From contig JBDREA010000117.1 of the NCBI GenBank assembly GCA_043820265.1, positions 1-46,701 of the forward strand: DNA of 46,701 nt, given 5' to 3'. Shown here one piece after another: positions 8,501 through 17,060 of the stretch (position 1 is its first letter; each line of letters opens with the position of its first letter). A program made the position numbers and the translations under genes. Under the pieces are notes generated by a model. That model saw only the letters and a program-made list of their open reading frames with translations. It searched no databases and was not told where the DNA came from. This DNA is from Candidatus Altiarchaeota archaeon (GTDB lineage: Archaea > Altiarchaeota > Altiarchaeia > IMC4 > JBDREA01).

Positions 8501-11500
8501 ATGCAGGTATAGTGTAACTTCCGTCAGTATCTGAATAATCATAGTAGACGCTGCTTATCTGGACGAGCGCGTTGTCTACTGGACTCCCGTCACTGTCAAA
8601 TACGTAACCTGCGAGTATTCCTCCTGTGATCAGGGTGAAGTTGAGGTTTCTTGTCTCACCTACAGATATGTTGATTATGGAGCTGTTCTCAAAGAAGTTG
8701 GATCCCAAGGGTGGCCCGGCATGGATATTGAGATTTGTCTGGTTTACCAGGATTGATAGTTTATAGTATCCGCTTGCATTCGTCACGTCGCTGTCGCTCC
8801 CATAGGACACTATGGATGAACCGATTGTGGTGCCGTTTTCGGCTTTGATGTAACCATGGACTATGCCAGAGGGTTGGAATTCGGTGTAGTTGTAAGCCGT
8901 TGTCGAATAGGCCTGCTCTAAGCTATTTGACCTGGTATCAGTTGAGTAGACATAGACGTTCTTCAAGAGGTATGGGCCATCAACCATGTTGCCATAGATA
9001 TACTGTCCGCTAAAGGACAAAGCCATACTTTGTTGCTGGTTGTTGTTGAAATAGGAGCTTCCCGAATCCCATTGTATCTCGTGGCCGGTTTGATCCACTA
9101 ATCTCGCATTGATTGAATAAGTCCCAGAATAACGGACTCTCACACCTACGGTTATCTCGAGTGTATCAAAAAAGGAATCGTTATTTGTATCAGTTGCGTT
9201 TTCTGTGTAGTTGCCTGTGAAGGTTACGTTCAATCCCTGGAATTCATCAAAGCCATAGGCGCTCGTCGAGTACGCATTTAACCTGTAACCTATCTGAGTG
9301 TTGTTTACATCATAGAGTATCAGGAATTTGAGGTTGTATGAGCCGTCTACGCTGTTGTCGTAGATCTCGACTCCCTCAAAGTAGAGGCTAACATTTGACA
9401 CACCATTAGTCAAATTTGAAAGGTTTGTGGCCCCAACTATGTAACTATTGTTTATGTCGTACAAGTAGCCCATCAGCAGATATGTTGAATTTGAGGAGAC
9501 GTTTATGCCAACATCTATTTTCAGGTAATTATAGTATCCGTCTGAGTCAGTGTCCACTCCTTCATCTTGGTATTCACCTGTGAATGCTGCTGATAAGGAT
9601 TGGAACTCATCAAAACTATACGCATTAGTCGTATAGTCGTTTTCAAGGTTTGTTACTAATGTGAAGTTTGTACTGTTCTGGAAGACATTGATTGTCACGT
9701 TGTAGGTCCCGTTAGAGATTTGAGCACGCCAGATATCTTCTCCTGTGATGTTGACTATCACGTTCTTTGTCTGATTGTTGAGGGTTTCGTTTACATTAGC
9801 TTGAGAGACATATGTCCCATCTTGACCGTAGACTATGACTTGAATCGTGTAGCTTTCGAGAGAGCTGTTTGTGTTTGTGGAGATGTTCATGTCGACGACC
9901 AGGAAGTTGTAGAATGAGTCTGAGTCTGTGTCTAGTCCATAGTCTGTGTAGGCGATCGAGACGTATGAATCCTCGGTTGTCTCGAAGTCCGAGGCGGAAT
10001 ATGCTGCTGTTTGATAGCTTCCCCTAGCAAAAACGATGTCTTCGCTGTTTTCTAGTGTGAATGTAACATTGTATGGCCCGTCTCTACCGGAACTCCTTAT
10101 CGTTTGACCGGCAAATACGAGCTCGAACGTGCCTGGAGAGGAGAACTCGAAGGTATCGCCTATACCCATTATCGTATGACCCACGGGATCTGTCAAGAGC
10201 CCTATGAGGCTGTAGGTTCCTGCTTCGGAGACTGTGGCATTTACTAATACTGTCAGGTTGTCGTAGAGTCCATTGCCGTTTCCGTCTGACACCGACTCAG
10301 TTGATCCTGTGAATGATGCTCCAGAGGACTCGAAGTCAGATGCGTTATAATTTTCTGTCGTGTAGGATGTCGAATCTGTGAACAGCGACTGCTCCTGGAG
10401 TGGGTCGTATGCTGAGGAGACATAGGAGCCGTTGCCATAGATCTCGAATCCCTTTACGGTGTATGGACCGTCTCGTCCGTTTGCATTTATCGTGCGTCCG
10501 TCAAATGACAGGTTGAAGGATTGCACACCAACAGGGAGCCAAGTTGTACTTTGGGCAAATGCTATATAGTTTGTATCCGAGTCGTAGAGCCCGCCTATCA
10601 GGGTGTAGTTTCCATCCTCTGAAACATTCACCTCCACAGAGACTGTTAGGTAATTATATTTTCCGCTGGCGTTCGTGTCTGTCCCCGAATCAGATATTGC
10701 TCCGGTGGTACCGATCAGGCCGTAGTCGAAGTTGCGAAAGCTATAATTTTCGCTTGTATTGTAGGGATTTTCCAGATATTCGTAGAGTGACGCATCATCG
10801 GTTTCCCAGTATAATTCACGTAGCTCAAGGGACCCGTTTAGATGGTTGGCATAGATGCATGAGGAGGGATAGATAAGGGACACATTCTGGATTCCCGAAG
10901 AGAGATTCGAGGAGTTAACGGCAAAGCAAAGGCTCGTAGATCCCTCTGAATTCAGGTATCCATATATGTAGTAAACACCATCTGAGGAGATGCTGACCTC
11001 AGCTGTGATGATTATACCATCAGCTAGTCCATCGCTATCGCCGTCGAAGGTGCCCTCCCCAAAGACGCCAGTAAAGCCGACAGGATCCACTCCGCCCCGT
11101 CCTTTCCAAGTGGTGACGTTAAAGCCGTGTCGGCGAAAGACCGCCTTCGCCCAGGTGACATTCACGGATGGATGGTCGTTTGTGTAGTTAAGGAAAAAGT
11201 CTTTTCCTGTGGGCGGACCGGCACGCCCGGATTTTAAGAGGGTGGTAATAACCTTGTTGCCGCCCGGTTGAGTAATTGGGCCGCGGTCGAGGGTCCACCA
11301 GACGTCAGCCAGCGACCACGCCGACGCATCCTCGACCATCAGTGTGTCAGTCGTCATGTCGTGGTTCCATCCCGCGCTTCCATGTGGGCTTCCGTCGTTT
11401 CGTGCGAGGCATGAGGCGAAGTTGGCAAAGTTCTCGCCTAAGCGATCCTCCTTTGTCTTGTCTCCTGTATTTCCTGGACCATACGGGAAGTTGTCGCTTG

Positions 11501-12986
11501 GAGGCTTTATTCGGTGACCGTATTCGTGGCTAGTGCTATGGGTACCCCATCCCTGTGCGACTTGGAGGCGGGTGTGGTGGAGGTGTAAGGTGTTGGTGCC
11601 TGTGGAATAGTATGAGCTGGTATGGTCGTTGTCGCCGATCTCACAGTCCATAGTAAAACCGATTTCGAAGTTTATGGGCGCCTGCTTCCAGTAAAGGTAA
11701 GCCTGAGTTGCAGAATGATAGGTGCTGCCGCCCTCCTGGGCATTGTATTGGAGGTTTTTACTCGCATAGTCGCGATCTTTTATTAAGGGATTTGCGACGG
11801 AGACCTCCTTGGATATTGGAACAGCATTGGCTGCCTTCGCCACAGCGTCGCCCCATGAGGTCTCGTGTATCATTCGCATCTTGATGTTTGACGTCTTTTT
11901 TGTGGGGGAGAACTCGAGGCTGCCGTTGATCCTTCCAGGTTTACCTTCGTCGATGTCGTTCATTGCTAGGTTAATTGCATAATCTCCGTTGTCGTCGGTG
12001 AATGTGGTCCACTTCGTCACCCAATTTCCTCCATCCTGTTGTTGGTACATCACCTTCATCCGCTTGAGAGGATTGGTAGCGCTTTGGGTCTCAGTCATCC
12101 TACCTGTTACCTTGAATGTTTCTCCGCGATTGTTGTTTTCGTCAGTTTCGTCTATTGCATTGCTGGGATCAGCTATCACTTCGAACTTGTAGTTTCCGAT
12201 ATCAAAGGCCGTGAACCTGTGTGTCACAAGCTTGAATGTGCCTGCAGCAATCGTGCCTACGTTTTCTATCTTTTGCTCGAATGGGGAACCGAGATAAGTC
12301 CCTATAACTCGAACATTAACATTCTCCGCATCTGTTTCCCCTTTATTTCTTACCCGTGAAATCATCTCGTAGCGGTTGTTTCCGATGCGTCCAATCTCGA
12401 TTTCTGAGCCGTTGACAAAGAGGTCTATGTCTTCGAATTCAACTTCAAGTTCGGCCCAATCTACTCCAAGGCACCAGCACCCTGTTCCAAGAGTGTCAAT
12501 GAAGACTAGAACCTCGTTGGTGCCGTTTATGACGTAATAAGGATCGATAGTAAAGGAAACCGTACTCCACTGGTCTGTTGCCCCGGTTAGTATTCCAGCG
12601 TAATTTCCGTTGAAGTATACAGAATCTATTTCAGGTATTCCGTCACAACCTGATGTGGGATTGTCACAATCATAAGCCCTCACTGTGAGGATTGCAGAAG
12701 TTATGGTCGACATGTTAATGTCTGAAATATCGAAGGTTACTGTATGAAGACCTGGAGGATAGATGCAGCTACTACCGGTGCCAGTATAACCACGATACTT
12801 GCGGGTAGTCGTGGTTCCAGAGGTTACAGTTACATCATTGCTAGGCCCACTATAACTTAGAATACTCATGCCTGAGGATTCAGGTGGAAAATCTCTATCA
12901 TCGGCTGAGACAGTTATGCAGAAGGAAAAATTTACTAGTAAAATGATAAGAAATAGGCCGAATAATCTCTTGCCCCCCTTTGCCAA
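5583..12986 (-). CDS. Giant (2467 aa) secreted modular surface/adhesin-like protein: CARDB-like domain, HExxH-containing region, six ~120-aa modules, six carboxypeptidase-regulatory-like (PEGA-type) domains, a PbH1 beta-helix and an Ig-like C-terminal region
   Basis: A single uninterrupted ORF. Signal peptide KRLFGLFLIILLVNFSFCITVSA. CARDB-like NKGETDAENVNVRV...DETDENNN. HEYGH at nt 11514-11528. The repeats are described as separate features. N-x-S/T sequons are extremely dense. The first canonical start is TTG at 12986; there is no upstream in-frame ATG before a stop. Confidence 0.85.
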   Translation of the reverse strand: MAKGGKRLFGLFLIILLVNFSFCITVSADDRDFPPESSGMSILSYSGPSNDVTVTSGTTTTRKYRGYTGTGSSCIYPPGLHTVTFDISDINMSTITSAILTVRAYDCDNPTSGCDGIPEIDSVYFNGNYAGILTGATDQWSTVSFTIDPYYVINGTNEVLVFIDTLGTGCWCLGVDWAELEVEFEDIDLFVNGSEIEIGRIGNNRYEMISRVRNKGETDAENVNVRVIGTYLGSPFEQKIENVGTIAAGTFKLVTHRFTAFDIGNYKFEVIADPSNAIDETDENNNRGETFKVTGRMTETQSATNPLKRMKVMYQQQDGGNWVTKWTTFTDDNGDYAINLAMNDIDEGKPGRINGSLEFSPTKKTSNIKMRMIHETSWGDAVAKAANAVPISKEVSVANPLIKDRDYASKNLQYNAQEGGSTYHSATQAYLYWKQAPINFEIGFTMDCEIGDNDHTSSYYSTGTNTLHLHHTRLQVAQGWGTHSTSHEYGHRIKPPSDNFPYGPGNTGDKTKEDRLGENFANFASCLARNDGSPHGSAGWNHDMTTDTLMVEDASAWSLADVWWTLDRGPITQPGGNKVITTLLKSGRAGPPTGKDFFLNYTNDHPSVNVTWAKAVFRRHGFNVTTWKGRGGVDPVGFTGVFGEGTFDGDSDGLADGIIITAEVSISSDGVYYIYGYLNSEGSTSLCFAVNSSNLSSGIQNVSLIYPSSCIYANHLNGSLELRELYWETDDASLYEYLENPYNTSENYSFRNFDYGLIGTTGAISDSGTDTNASGKYNYLTVSVEVNVSEDGNYTLIGGLYDSDTNYIAFAQSTTWLPVGVQSFNLSFDGRTINANGRDGPYTVKGFEIYGNGSYVSSAYDPLQEQSLFTDSTSYTTENYNASDFESSGASFTGSTESVSDGNGNGLYDNLTVLVNATVSEAGTYSLIGLLTDPVGHTIMGIGDTFEFSSPGTFELVFAGQTIRSSGRDGPYNVTFTLENSEDIVFARGSYQTAAYSASDFETTEDSYVSIAYTDYGLDTDSDSFYNFLVVDMNISTNTNSSLESYTIQVIVYGQDGTYVSQANVNETLNNQTKNVIVNITGEDIWRAQISNGTYNVTINVFQNSTNFTLVTNLENDYTTNAYSFDEFQSLSAAFTGEYQDEGVDTDSDGYYNYLKIDVGINVSSNSTYLLMGYLYDINNSYIVGATNLSNLTNGVSNVSLYFEGVEIYDNSVDGSYNLKFLILYDVNNTQIGYRLNAYSTSAYGFDEFQGLNVTFTGNYTENATDTNNDSFFDTLEITVGVRVRYSGTYSINARLVDQTGHEIQWDSGSSYFNNNQQQSMALSFSGQYIYGNMVDGPYLLKNVYVYSTDTRSNSLEQAYSTTAYNYTEFQPSGIVHGYIKAENGTTIGSSIVSYGSDSDVTNASGYYKLSILVNQTNLNIHAGPPLGSNFFENSSIINISVGETRNLNFTLITGGILAGYVFDSDGSPVDNALVQISSVYYDYSDTDGSYTIPALTTGTKSITATPPDGPNLKSNSSSADVVKDQTTYYNITLPIGGSIAGQVIASNGSFVNYTYIYTSSSSNYSNASGHYNITRLSTGSYLLTANPPSSTNYLSNSTTVNVTLGQVTHFNMTVPVGGVISGAISFRNGTPIYNAKVVKSGPSSGTIYSNASGHYSFNRLTPGNYTMTVTPPSGPNLLSNSTTLEVSYGQVFDGNVTLPPGGILTGTVLAENGSSVYNALVYITGSGSANDYSDVNGTYLFERLNGTYNLTITPPGSGNYIENSSAGTVNVSSGQVVYYNITQPTGGMILGRVTDVNGNPVTSLSISLSGGPSSGSDSTNSSGHYEIIRLKTGTYNVTAAAKHSVNLFGNTTQTNVTAGQNTTLNLTLPQIPELYINSDTILDGWAKNLPDPETDGAIIINASHVTLDCNGSFIYGSNAGYGVYLNGKSNVTIRNCTFLNYSIGIYISSSSSNNIIEHNTVRLSETGLYYYYSHNDTIRNNSFNSNSDYGIYLYYSNYNEILENTASNNQDHGLYIYASNFNIISKNTAHSNQDGSAGGSDSAIYLYSSSSNTMTQNDLENHSEGTSDAGIYLYYSDRNMMTKNSIQSSNAGVYFYYSDHNEFMNNTLMQNDYGAYTSTGANNNSIFHNNFIGSTTTHAFDGVGNHWNLSASIGGNYYDNHSVTGNPSNGSQPFNVSGLSWVMDHHPFEDYFGWLIDDVPPQVYALQVSPNPIVNGVPVSISASVTDLDSEVSTVRANVSMPDASNELVGMSSSSPTYTGYFTSTDQIGNYTVRIVANDTFGNINATETASFEVVENITVTTTTNTTNGSTKIVYSSGTDTVLEITTHANVSNANVTVTVSGNDTTGNYTLLGLGKFITIEMDSELTDALDSVLIKFYYTDAELASSGLAESDLGIYRYNTTVSEWQLLNETHPIVNSNGINTEENYLWAEVTQLSTFTLGGGLGILDLDLNLETGWNLISLYVSL
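6417..7304 (-). repeat. Internal PbH1/NosD-like beta-helix repeat region of the giant protein (aa ~1895-2190)
   Basis: Repeated units (NVTIRNCTFLNYSIGIYISSSSSNNIIEHNTV, NNSFNSNSDYGIYLYYSNYNEILENT, NNQDHGLYIYASNFNIISKNT, and others), similar to the 2804..3766 protein. Confidence 0.75.
7377..8873 (-). repeat. Six tandem ~83-aa carboxypeptidase-regulatory-like domains (aa ~1372-1870)
   Basis: Each unit starts GG[IVM][IL].G.V....G.P/S and contains the N-[AS]-SG-[HY]-Y....L..G.Y core, for example SNASGHYNITRLSTGSY, SNASGHYSFNRLTPGNY and NSSGHYEIIRLKTGTY. Confidence 0.75.
8877..11069 (-). repeat. Six tandem ~115-130-aa modules of an unrecognised family (aa ~634-1368)
   Basis: Modules are delimited by the recurring AY[SGN].[SD][DE]F[EQ] motif. 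Each contains D[TG][DN]..G.Y[ND].L.[VI].V..[NS]VS..G.Y.L.G.L.D and a later G.DG.Y motif. Confidence 0.7.
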
Positions 12987-13076
12987 TTTATCACACCAAA
13001 TAACTTAACAATTGCTATTGCTCGCTTCTCGCTTTATTGTTGGGCATTTAAAGTATATAAATTCTAACTCTGCGTT

Positions 13077-13718
13077 TCATTTCTTGCTTTCACATGTGTT
13101 ATCAATACAACCACATTCTGATACTGCTATCGCTGGTCCGCATTCTTCTTCTATGATGCCCCAGGGAGGGTATCTATGGATGAAGTTAACACACGCACAT
13201 TTTGAACTTGCAGGGACACATTCGCTATCGGATTCGCAATATCCTTTATCGTTAATGTAATCCAATTTAGGATATATTTCTTTAATCTCTCCTGACTTCG
13301 AATCTAGCCCAATTTTAAGAGCAGTTGAGTGTCTGCCCTTCCAATTTTCACCCATCCAGTAGGCAAAGATCAATCCTTTTTGTTGGTCTATTTCCCTTGT
13401 GCATTCAAGTTCGACACCTTTAGTCTCAGCTATGAACTCACAACCACCAACATTGAATACAGCATGGCGTGCACTGGGATATAATTCAAGAAAAGATGTT
13501 ACTTCCTCAAGTCGACTGACAATTATACTGATATTTTCTTCCTTTGGAACTGAACCCGAATTTGTTTCTTCGATGAATGATGGAATTAGAGAAGTATCCT
13601 GTATCAGAGATTTTTTGTTTTCTATTTTATCATCCGAGGAACTTAGACACCCACTTAGAAGGATTAATAAGACAAATAAAATACCAGGCCATATCGAATC
13701 ATCCAAGCCCCCGTTCAT
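13077..13718 (-). CDS. Lipobox-containing secreted protein (213 aa) with a C-terminal Cys-rich domain; family unknown
   Basis: N-terminal hydrophobic segment ending LLSGC (lipobox-like). C-terminus YCESDSECVPASSKCACVN...EECGPAIAVSECGCIDNTCE. Paralogous to 46329..46661. Confidence 0.65.
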   Translation of the reverse strand: MNGGLDDSIWPGILFVLLILLSGCLSSSDDKIENKKSLIQDTSLIPSFIEETNSGSVPKEENISIIVSRLEEVTSFLELYPSARHAVFNVGGCEFIAETKGVELECTREIDQQKGLIFAYWMGENWKGRHSTALKIGLDSKSGEIKEIYPKLDYINDKGYCESDSECVPASSKCACVNFIHRYPPWGIIEEECGPAIAVSECGCIDNTCESKK

Positions 13719-13778
13719 CTTAGTATTGCATTAATATCTTATATCATTAATAATCCAGTAATTGTATTCAAAAAAACA

Positions 13779-14939
13779 ATGGAAGTGATTCTCCTACAAC
13801 TTGCTGTAATACTTCTTGCCGCCAAGATTGCCGCCGAGATCTGCGAGCGACTTGGACACAATGCTTCTTTGGGCGAGCTCCTCGCAGGCCTTGTGATTGC
13901 CCTGCTTCTTCCGGGTTTTGTAACCGAAGGGTCTGAGATAATCGAATTACTCGCCTCCTTTGGGATAATATTTATGATTTTCATGGTTGGATTGGAATCT
14001 CGGCTTGAAGATCTGGAGTTGGTGGAAAAGCCGGCTTTTTCTGCCGCATTGGGAGGAACCCTGCTTCCCTTCGTTTTAGGATTCACGGCAGTATTATATT
14101 TCGGATTCGGGGTCGTGGAAGCGTTGTTCGTTGCAACAGCCCTCACCGCCTCAAGCATTGGTGTGACAGCCAAGGTTTTCATGGGTCTTGGAAAGATTCG
14201 TTCTCGGGCAGCAGAAATTATTTTAGGGGCTGCGGTAATAGACGACGTATTAAGCCTTTTGCTACTGGCCATTGTTATGGGGGCAACCGTGATGGGGAGC
14301 TCATTCATAGGCGAAGCCCTTGCAGTCGGGGCTTTCTTTTGGTTCGTATTCGTTCCTCTGGGATGGTTTGTCGTGCCCAAAATCATGGACCTAGCGCATA
14401 ATATGAGATCTGAGGGGAGCATATTGGTCATTTCACTCGTCCTACTATTCCTTTTTACTTATGTGGCAGAAGTTGCGGGATTCGCCGCCGTCGTAGGAGC
14501 GTTTATTATCGGATTGATTATGACAAGGACAAGAGACATCGGAGCCCTGACAAAAAACATGTATCCCCTCTACTACTTTATGACTCCCATATTTTTTGTC
14601 TCGATAGGGATGATGTTTGACCCTTATCTATTTGGATCGGTTTTCGGTTTAGGGATAGCCATAACCCTTGCAGCCGTGGTCGGCAAAGTCTTGGGATGTG
14701 CAGTTGGTTGCATCATCGCAAAAGAGGAGAAGGACGCGCTCATAGTCGGGGTGGGGATGATGCCAAGAGGAGAAGTGGCCTTGATAATCGTTAGCCTTGC
14801 GATGGCAACTGGCCTAATCGATCGGGCTCTCTATTCAGCAACCATTTTCATGGCGGTTGTCACCATATTTATTACGCCGATAATATTAAACATATTATAC
14901 AAACACAAAGAACAAGAGACTGAATTAACGGGTGGGTGA
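13779..14939 (+). CDS. Monovalent cation:proton antiporter (CPA2 / Kef-NapA type)
   Basis: N-terminal LLQLAVILLAAKIAAEICERLG...LGELLAGLVI is typical of the Na_H_Exchanger family. The protein is polytopic throughout. Confidence 0.85.
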   Translation: MEVILLQLAVILLAAKIAAEICERLGHNASLGELLAGLVIALLLPGFVTEGSEIIELLASFGIIFMIFMVGLESRLEDLELVEKPAFSAALGGTLLPFVLGFTAVLYFGFGVVEALFVATALTASSIGVTAKVFMGLGKIRSRAAEIILGAAVIDDVLSLLLLAIVMGATVMGSSFIGEALAVGAFFWFVFVPLGWFVVPKIMDLAHNMRSEGSILVISLVLLFLFTYVAEVAGFAAVVGAFIIGLIMTRTRDIGALTKNMYPLYYFMTPIFFVSIGMMFDPYLFGSVFGLGIAITLAAVVGKVLGCAVGCIIAKEEKDALIVGVGMMPRGEVALIIVSLAMATGLIDRALYSATIFMAVVTIFITPIILNILYKHKEQETELTGG

Positions 14940-14945
14940 AAAAAG

Positions 14946-15617
14946 ATGCCAGACATGTTTCGTTGGAGGAATCTCCTAAGGGAAAAAAAGATATACGATA
15001 TGTTCACAAGCCACGTCGAACTGACCCACGAAGGGATTTCGCTTGTCTCAAAGGCAGTAGTGGATCTCTGTAACCAGCAGTACAAGAAAGAAGACGTCTT
15101 GATAGACAAAGTCGTAAAGATAGAAAAAGAGGCTGCCGAAATCGTCGCCCACGCCACAAAGACTATTGCGCAGTCGAGGTTGACGTCCGTTGAAGCCCAC
15201 GACCTCCTGGATCTCGTATTCCACATAGACAAAGTCGCAAAAAAGACGAAGGGTTCTGCCATCCGGCTCGACTGGGCCGAAGGCGTAGTAGTACCCCAAG
15301 ACATCAAAAATGAATTCATAAAGATCGGCGAAAAACTCGTCGAGATATTCGAGACACTTCAAAAAGCCATCGAAAGCCTTGCAAAAGACGAAATAAAAAA
15401 GACCATAGAATACGCCGACCGAGTATCTGAGATCGAAGACGAGATCGACGAAATCAGAAGGACTGCACAAAAGAGACTTCTCGATTTAAGCGACGAAATG
15501 AAATACGGGGACGTCCGAAAACTCGAAGAAGTCATCGACTACTTGGAGGCGACAGCCGACTTCTGCGAAGACGCAGCTGACACGATAAGACTCATAATAA
15601 TAAAACGGAAAGACTAA
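14946..15617 (+). CDS. DUF47 / PhoU-like helical regulator protein
   Basis: Two helical-repeat halves with IEKEAAEIV and EIEDEIDEIRR...ATADFCEDAADTI, typical of the TIGR00153/PhoU-like fold. It starts 6 nt after the antiporter stop. Confidence 0.65.
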   Translation: MPDMFRWRNLLREKKIYDMFTSHVELTHEGISLVSKAVVDLCNQQYKKEDVLIDKVVKIEKEAAEIVAHATKTIAQSRLTSVEAHDLLDLVFHIDKVAKKTKGSAIRLDWAEGVVVPQDIKNEFIKIGEKLVEIFETLQKAIESLAKDEIKKTIEYADRVSEIEDEIDEIRRTAQKRLLDLSDEMKYGDVRKLEEVIDYLEATADFCEDAADTIRLIIIKRKD

Positions 15618-16975
15618 GGACAAATTTTTTCTTTAAGATATTTTTTGAAGGATTCGTAGTCATTTGGCAGTTCTTCGTATTTCTCTTCTTTTGAGAGGAC
15701 CGCTTTGAGGCTTTCAGGTATCGGCGGATCGATGCCCAATTCAAGTAGCGTTTCCGGGAACTTTGCGGGGTCGGCTGTTTCAAGGCTTACTGCGAATGGT
15801 TTTTCTGCGACCTCCTTGTTGTAGGCTTTTAATCCCGCCCAAGCCACTGCTCCGTGGGGTTCGAGTATGATGCCTCTTGTGTCAAAGCATTCTGTTATGG
15901 TCTTTTTCGTTTCTTCGTTTGAGATCGAGACTGCAAACATGTCTCCTCTGATCTTTTCGATGTCGGGCATTTCATGAATCTTTCCGGTTTCGTCCATCCA
16001 TCCGCCATAGAGGTCAAATAGCCTAGCGAGGTTGCTTGGATGGCCCACGTTCATAGCTGTTGATAAGCAATTTCGCGACGGGACAATTTTATCATATCTT
16101 CCTTCTTCAACGAACTTTGTAAATTCGTCGTTTTCGTTGGTGGCGACGACGAATTTGGACACAGGCAAACCCATCTTCTTTGCGATGAGCCCCCCCATCA
16201 GGTCGCCGAAGTTTCCAGAGGGCACAGAGAACACTACCTTTTCGCCGGCCTCTTCGAAGAGCTGGCTAAAGGCGTAGAAGTAGTAGACGCTTTGGGGGAG
16301 AAGCCTGCCGAAATTGATGGAGTTGGCAGAAGAAAGATTCAAGTCTTTCAGTTCACTGTCCGCGAATGCTTGTTTTACCAGAGCTTGGCAGTCGTCGAAT
16401 TTCCCGTCCACTGCAATTGCGGAAACGTTTCCTCCGAGTGTTGTCATCTGCTTTCTTTGGCGCTCGCTAACCTCTTCTCTCGGAAACAGCACAAAAACAT
16501 TTATACCTTTCATGCCTTGGAATGCTGCGGCGACTGCTCCTCCTGTGTCTCCTGATGTGGCTGTGAGTATGTTCAGGGGGGGTCCGTTATCTTCGGCGAG
16601 AAAATGCTGCATCAACCTTGCCATAATCCTCGCGGCAAAATCCTTGAATGCTAATGTTGGACCTTCGTCGAGCCACATCAAGTATTGCCTTCCCTCCACC
16701 TTCTCCAAGGGAACCTCGAAGTCGTATGCGTCTTTCGTGATCTCGCGAAGCTTTGAATCGGAAACATCTGATGCCAAAAACCGCCTCATCACCTCAAATG
16801 CTATCTCAGAATATTGCTTTCCTTTTAACGAGAGGATTTCATCAAGGGGGATCTTAGGTATTTTCTCAGGCATGTACAAACCCTTATCCGGAGCCTGACC
16901 GGTCAGAAGGGCGTCCCTGAACGAGACTTTCTCTGATTTCCTGTTCGTACTATGAAACATTATGGTGTCGGACAT
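15614..16975 (-). CDS. thrC: Threonine synthase
   Basis: The PLP-lysine region PTLAFKDFAARIM, the TATSGDTGGAVA loop and a length of 453 aa match long-form ThrC. Confidence 0.9.
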   Translation of the reverse strand: MSDTIMFHSTNRKSEKVSFRDALLTGQAPDKGLYMPEKIPKIPLDEILSLKGKQYSEIAFEVMRRFLASDVSDSKLREITKDAYDFEVPLEKVEGRQYLMWLDEGPTLAFKDFAARIMARLMQHFLAEDNGPPLNILTATSGDTGGAVAAAFQGMKGINVFVLFPREEVSERQRKQMTTLGGNVSAIAVDGKFDDCQALVKQAFADSELKDLNLSSANSINFGRLLPQSVYYFYAFSQLFEEAGEKVVFSVPSGNFGDLMGGLIAKKMGLPVSKFVVATNENDEFTKFVEEGRYDKIVPSRNCLSTAMNVGHPSNLARLFDLYGGWMDETGKIHEMPDIEKIRGDMFAVSISNEETKKTITECFDTRGIILEPHGAVAWAGLKAYNKEVAEKPFAVSLETADPAKFPETLLELGIDPPIPESLKAVLSKEEKYEELPNDYESFKKYLKEKICP

Positions 16976-17012
16976 CTTGATTGGTATTGTATTGCTTTTT
17001 TCCTCTTTATAG

Positions 17013-17060
17013 TTGAGGCCATAATCCGATGGACAGTCCTGGAAAAAATTATGGCCTCAA
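17013..17060. repeat. Perfect 13-bp inverted repeat (TTGAGGCCATAAT / ATTATGGCCTCAA) with a 22-nt spacer
   Basis: Read directly. It lies in the divergent thrC/galT-like intergenic region. Confidence 0.85.

Noticed and set aside
5583-12986. Numerous short plus-strand ORFs inside the giant gene (for example 10544..10876, 11276..11533, 12039..12359)
   Set aside because: They are antisense shadows within a single 7.4-kb uninterrupted ORF that has coherent domain and repeat structure.
13739-14431. 230-aa ORF antisense to the antiporter gene
   Set aside because: It is a low-complexity Ala/Ser/Thr/Pro/Arg-rich translation. The plus strand encodes a clear CPA2 antiporter over the same interval.
14831-15470. 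ORFs 14831..15319 (-) and 15048..15470 (-) antisense to the DUF47-like gene
   Set aside because: They have no motifs and overlap a well-supported plus-strand gene tightly packed with its neighbour.
16032-16898. Plus-strand ORFs (81, 87 and 194 aa) inside thrC
   Set aside because: They are antisense shadows of a confidently identified threonine synthase.
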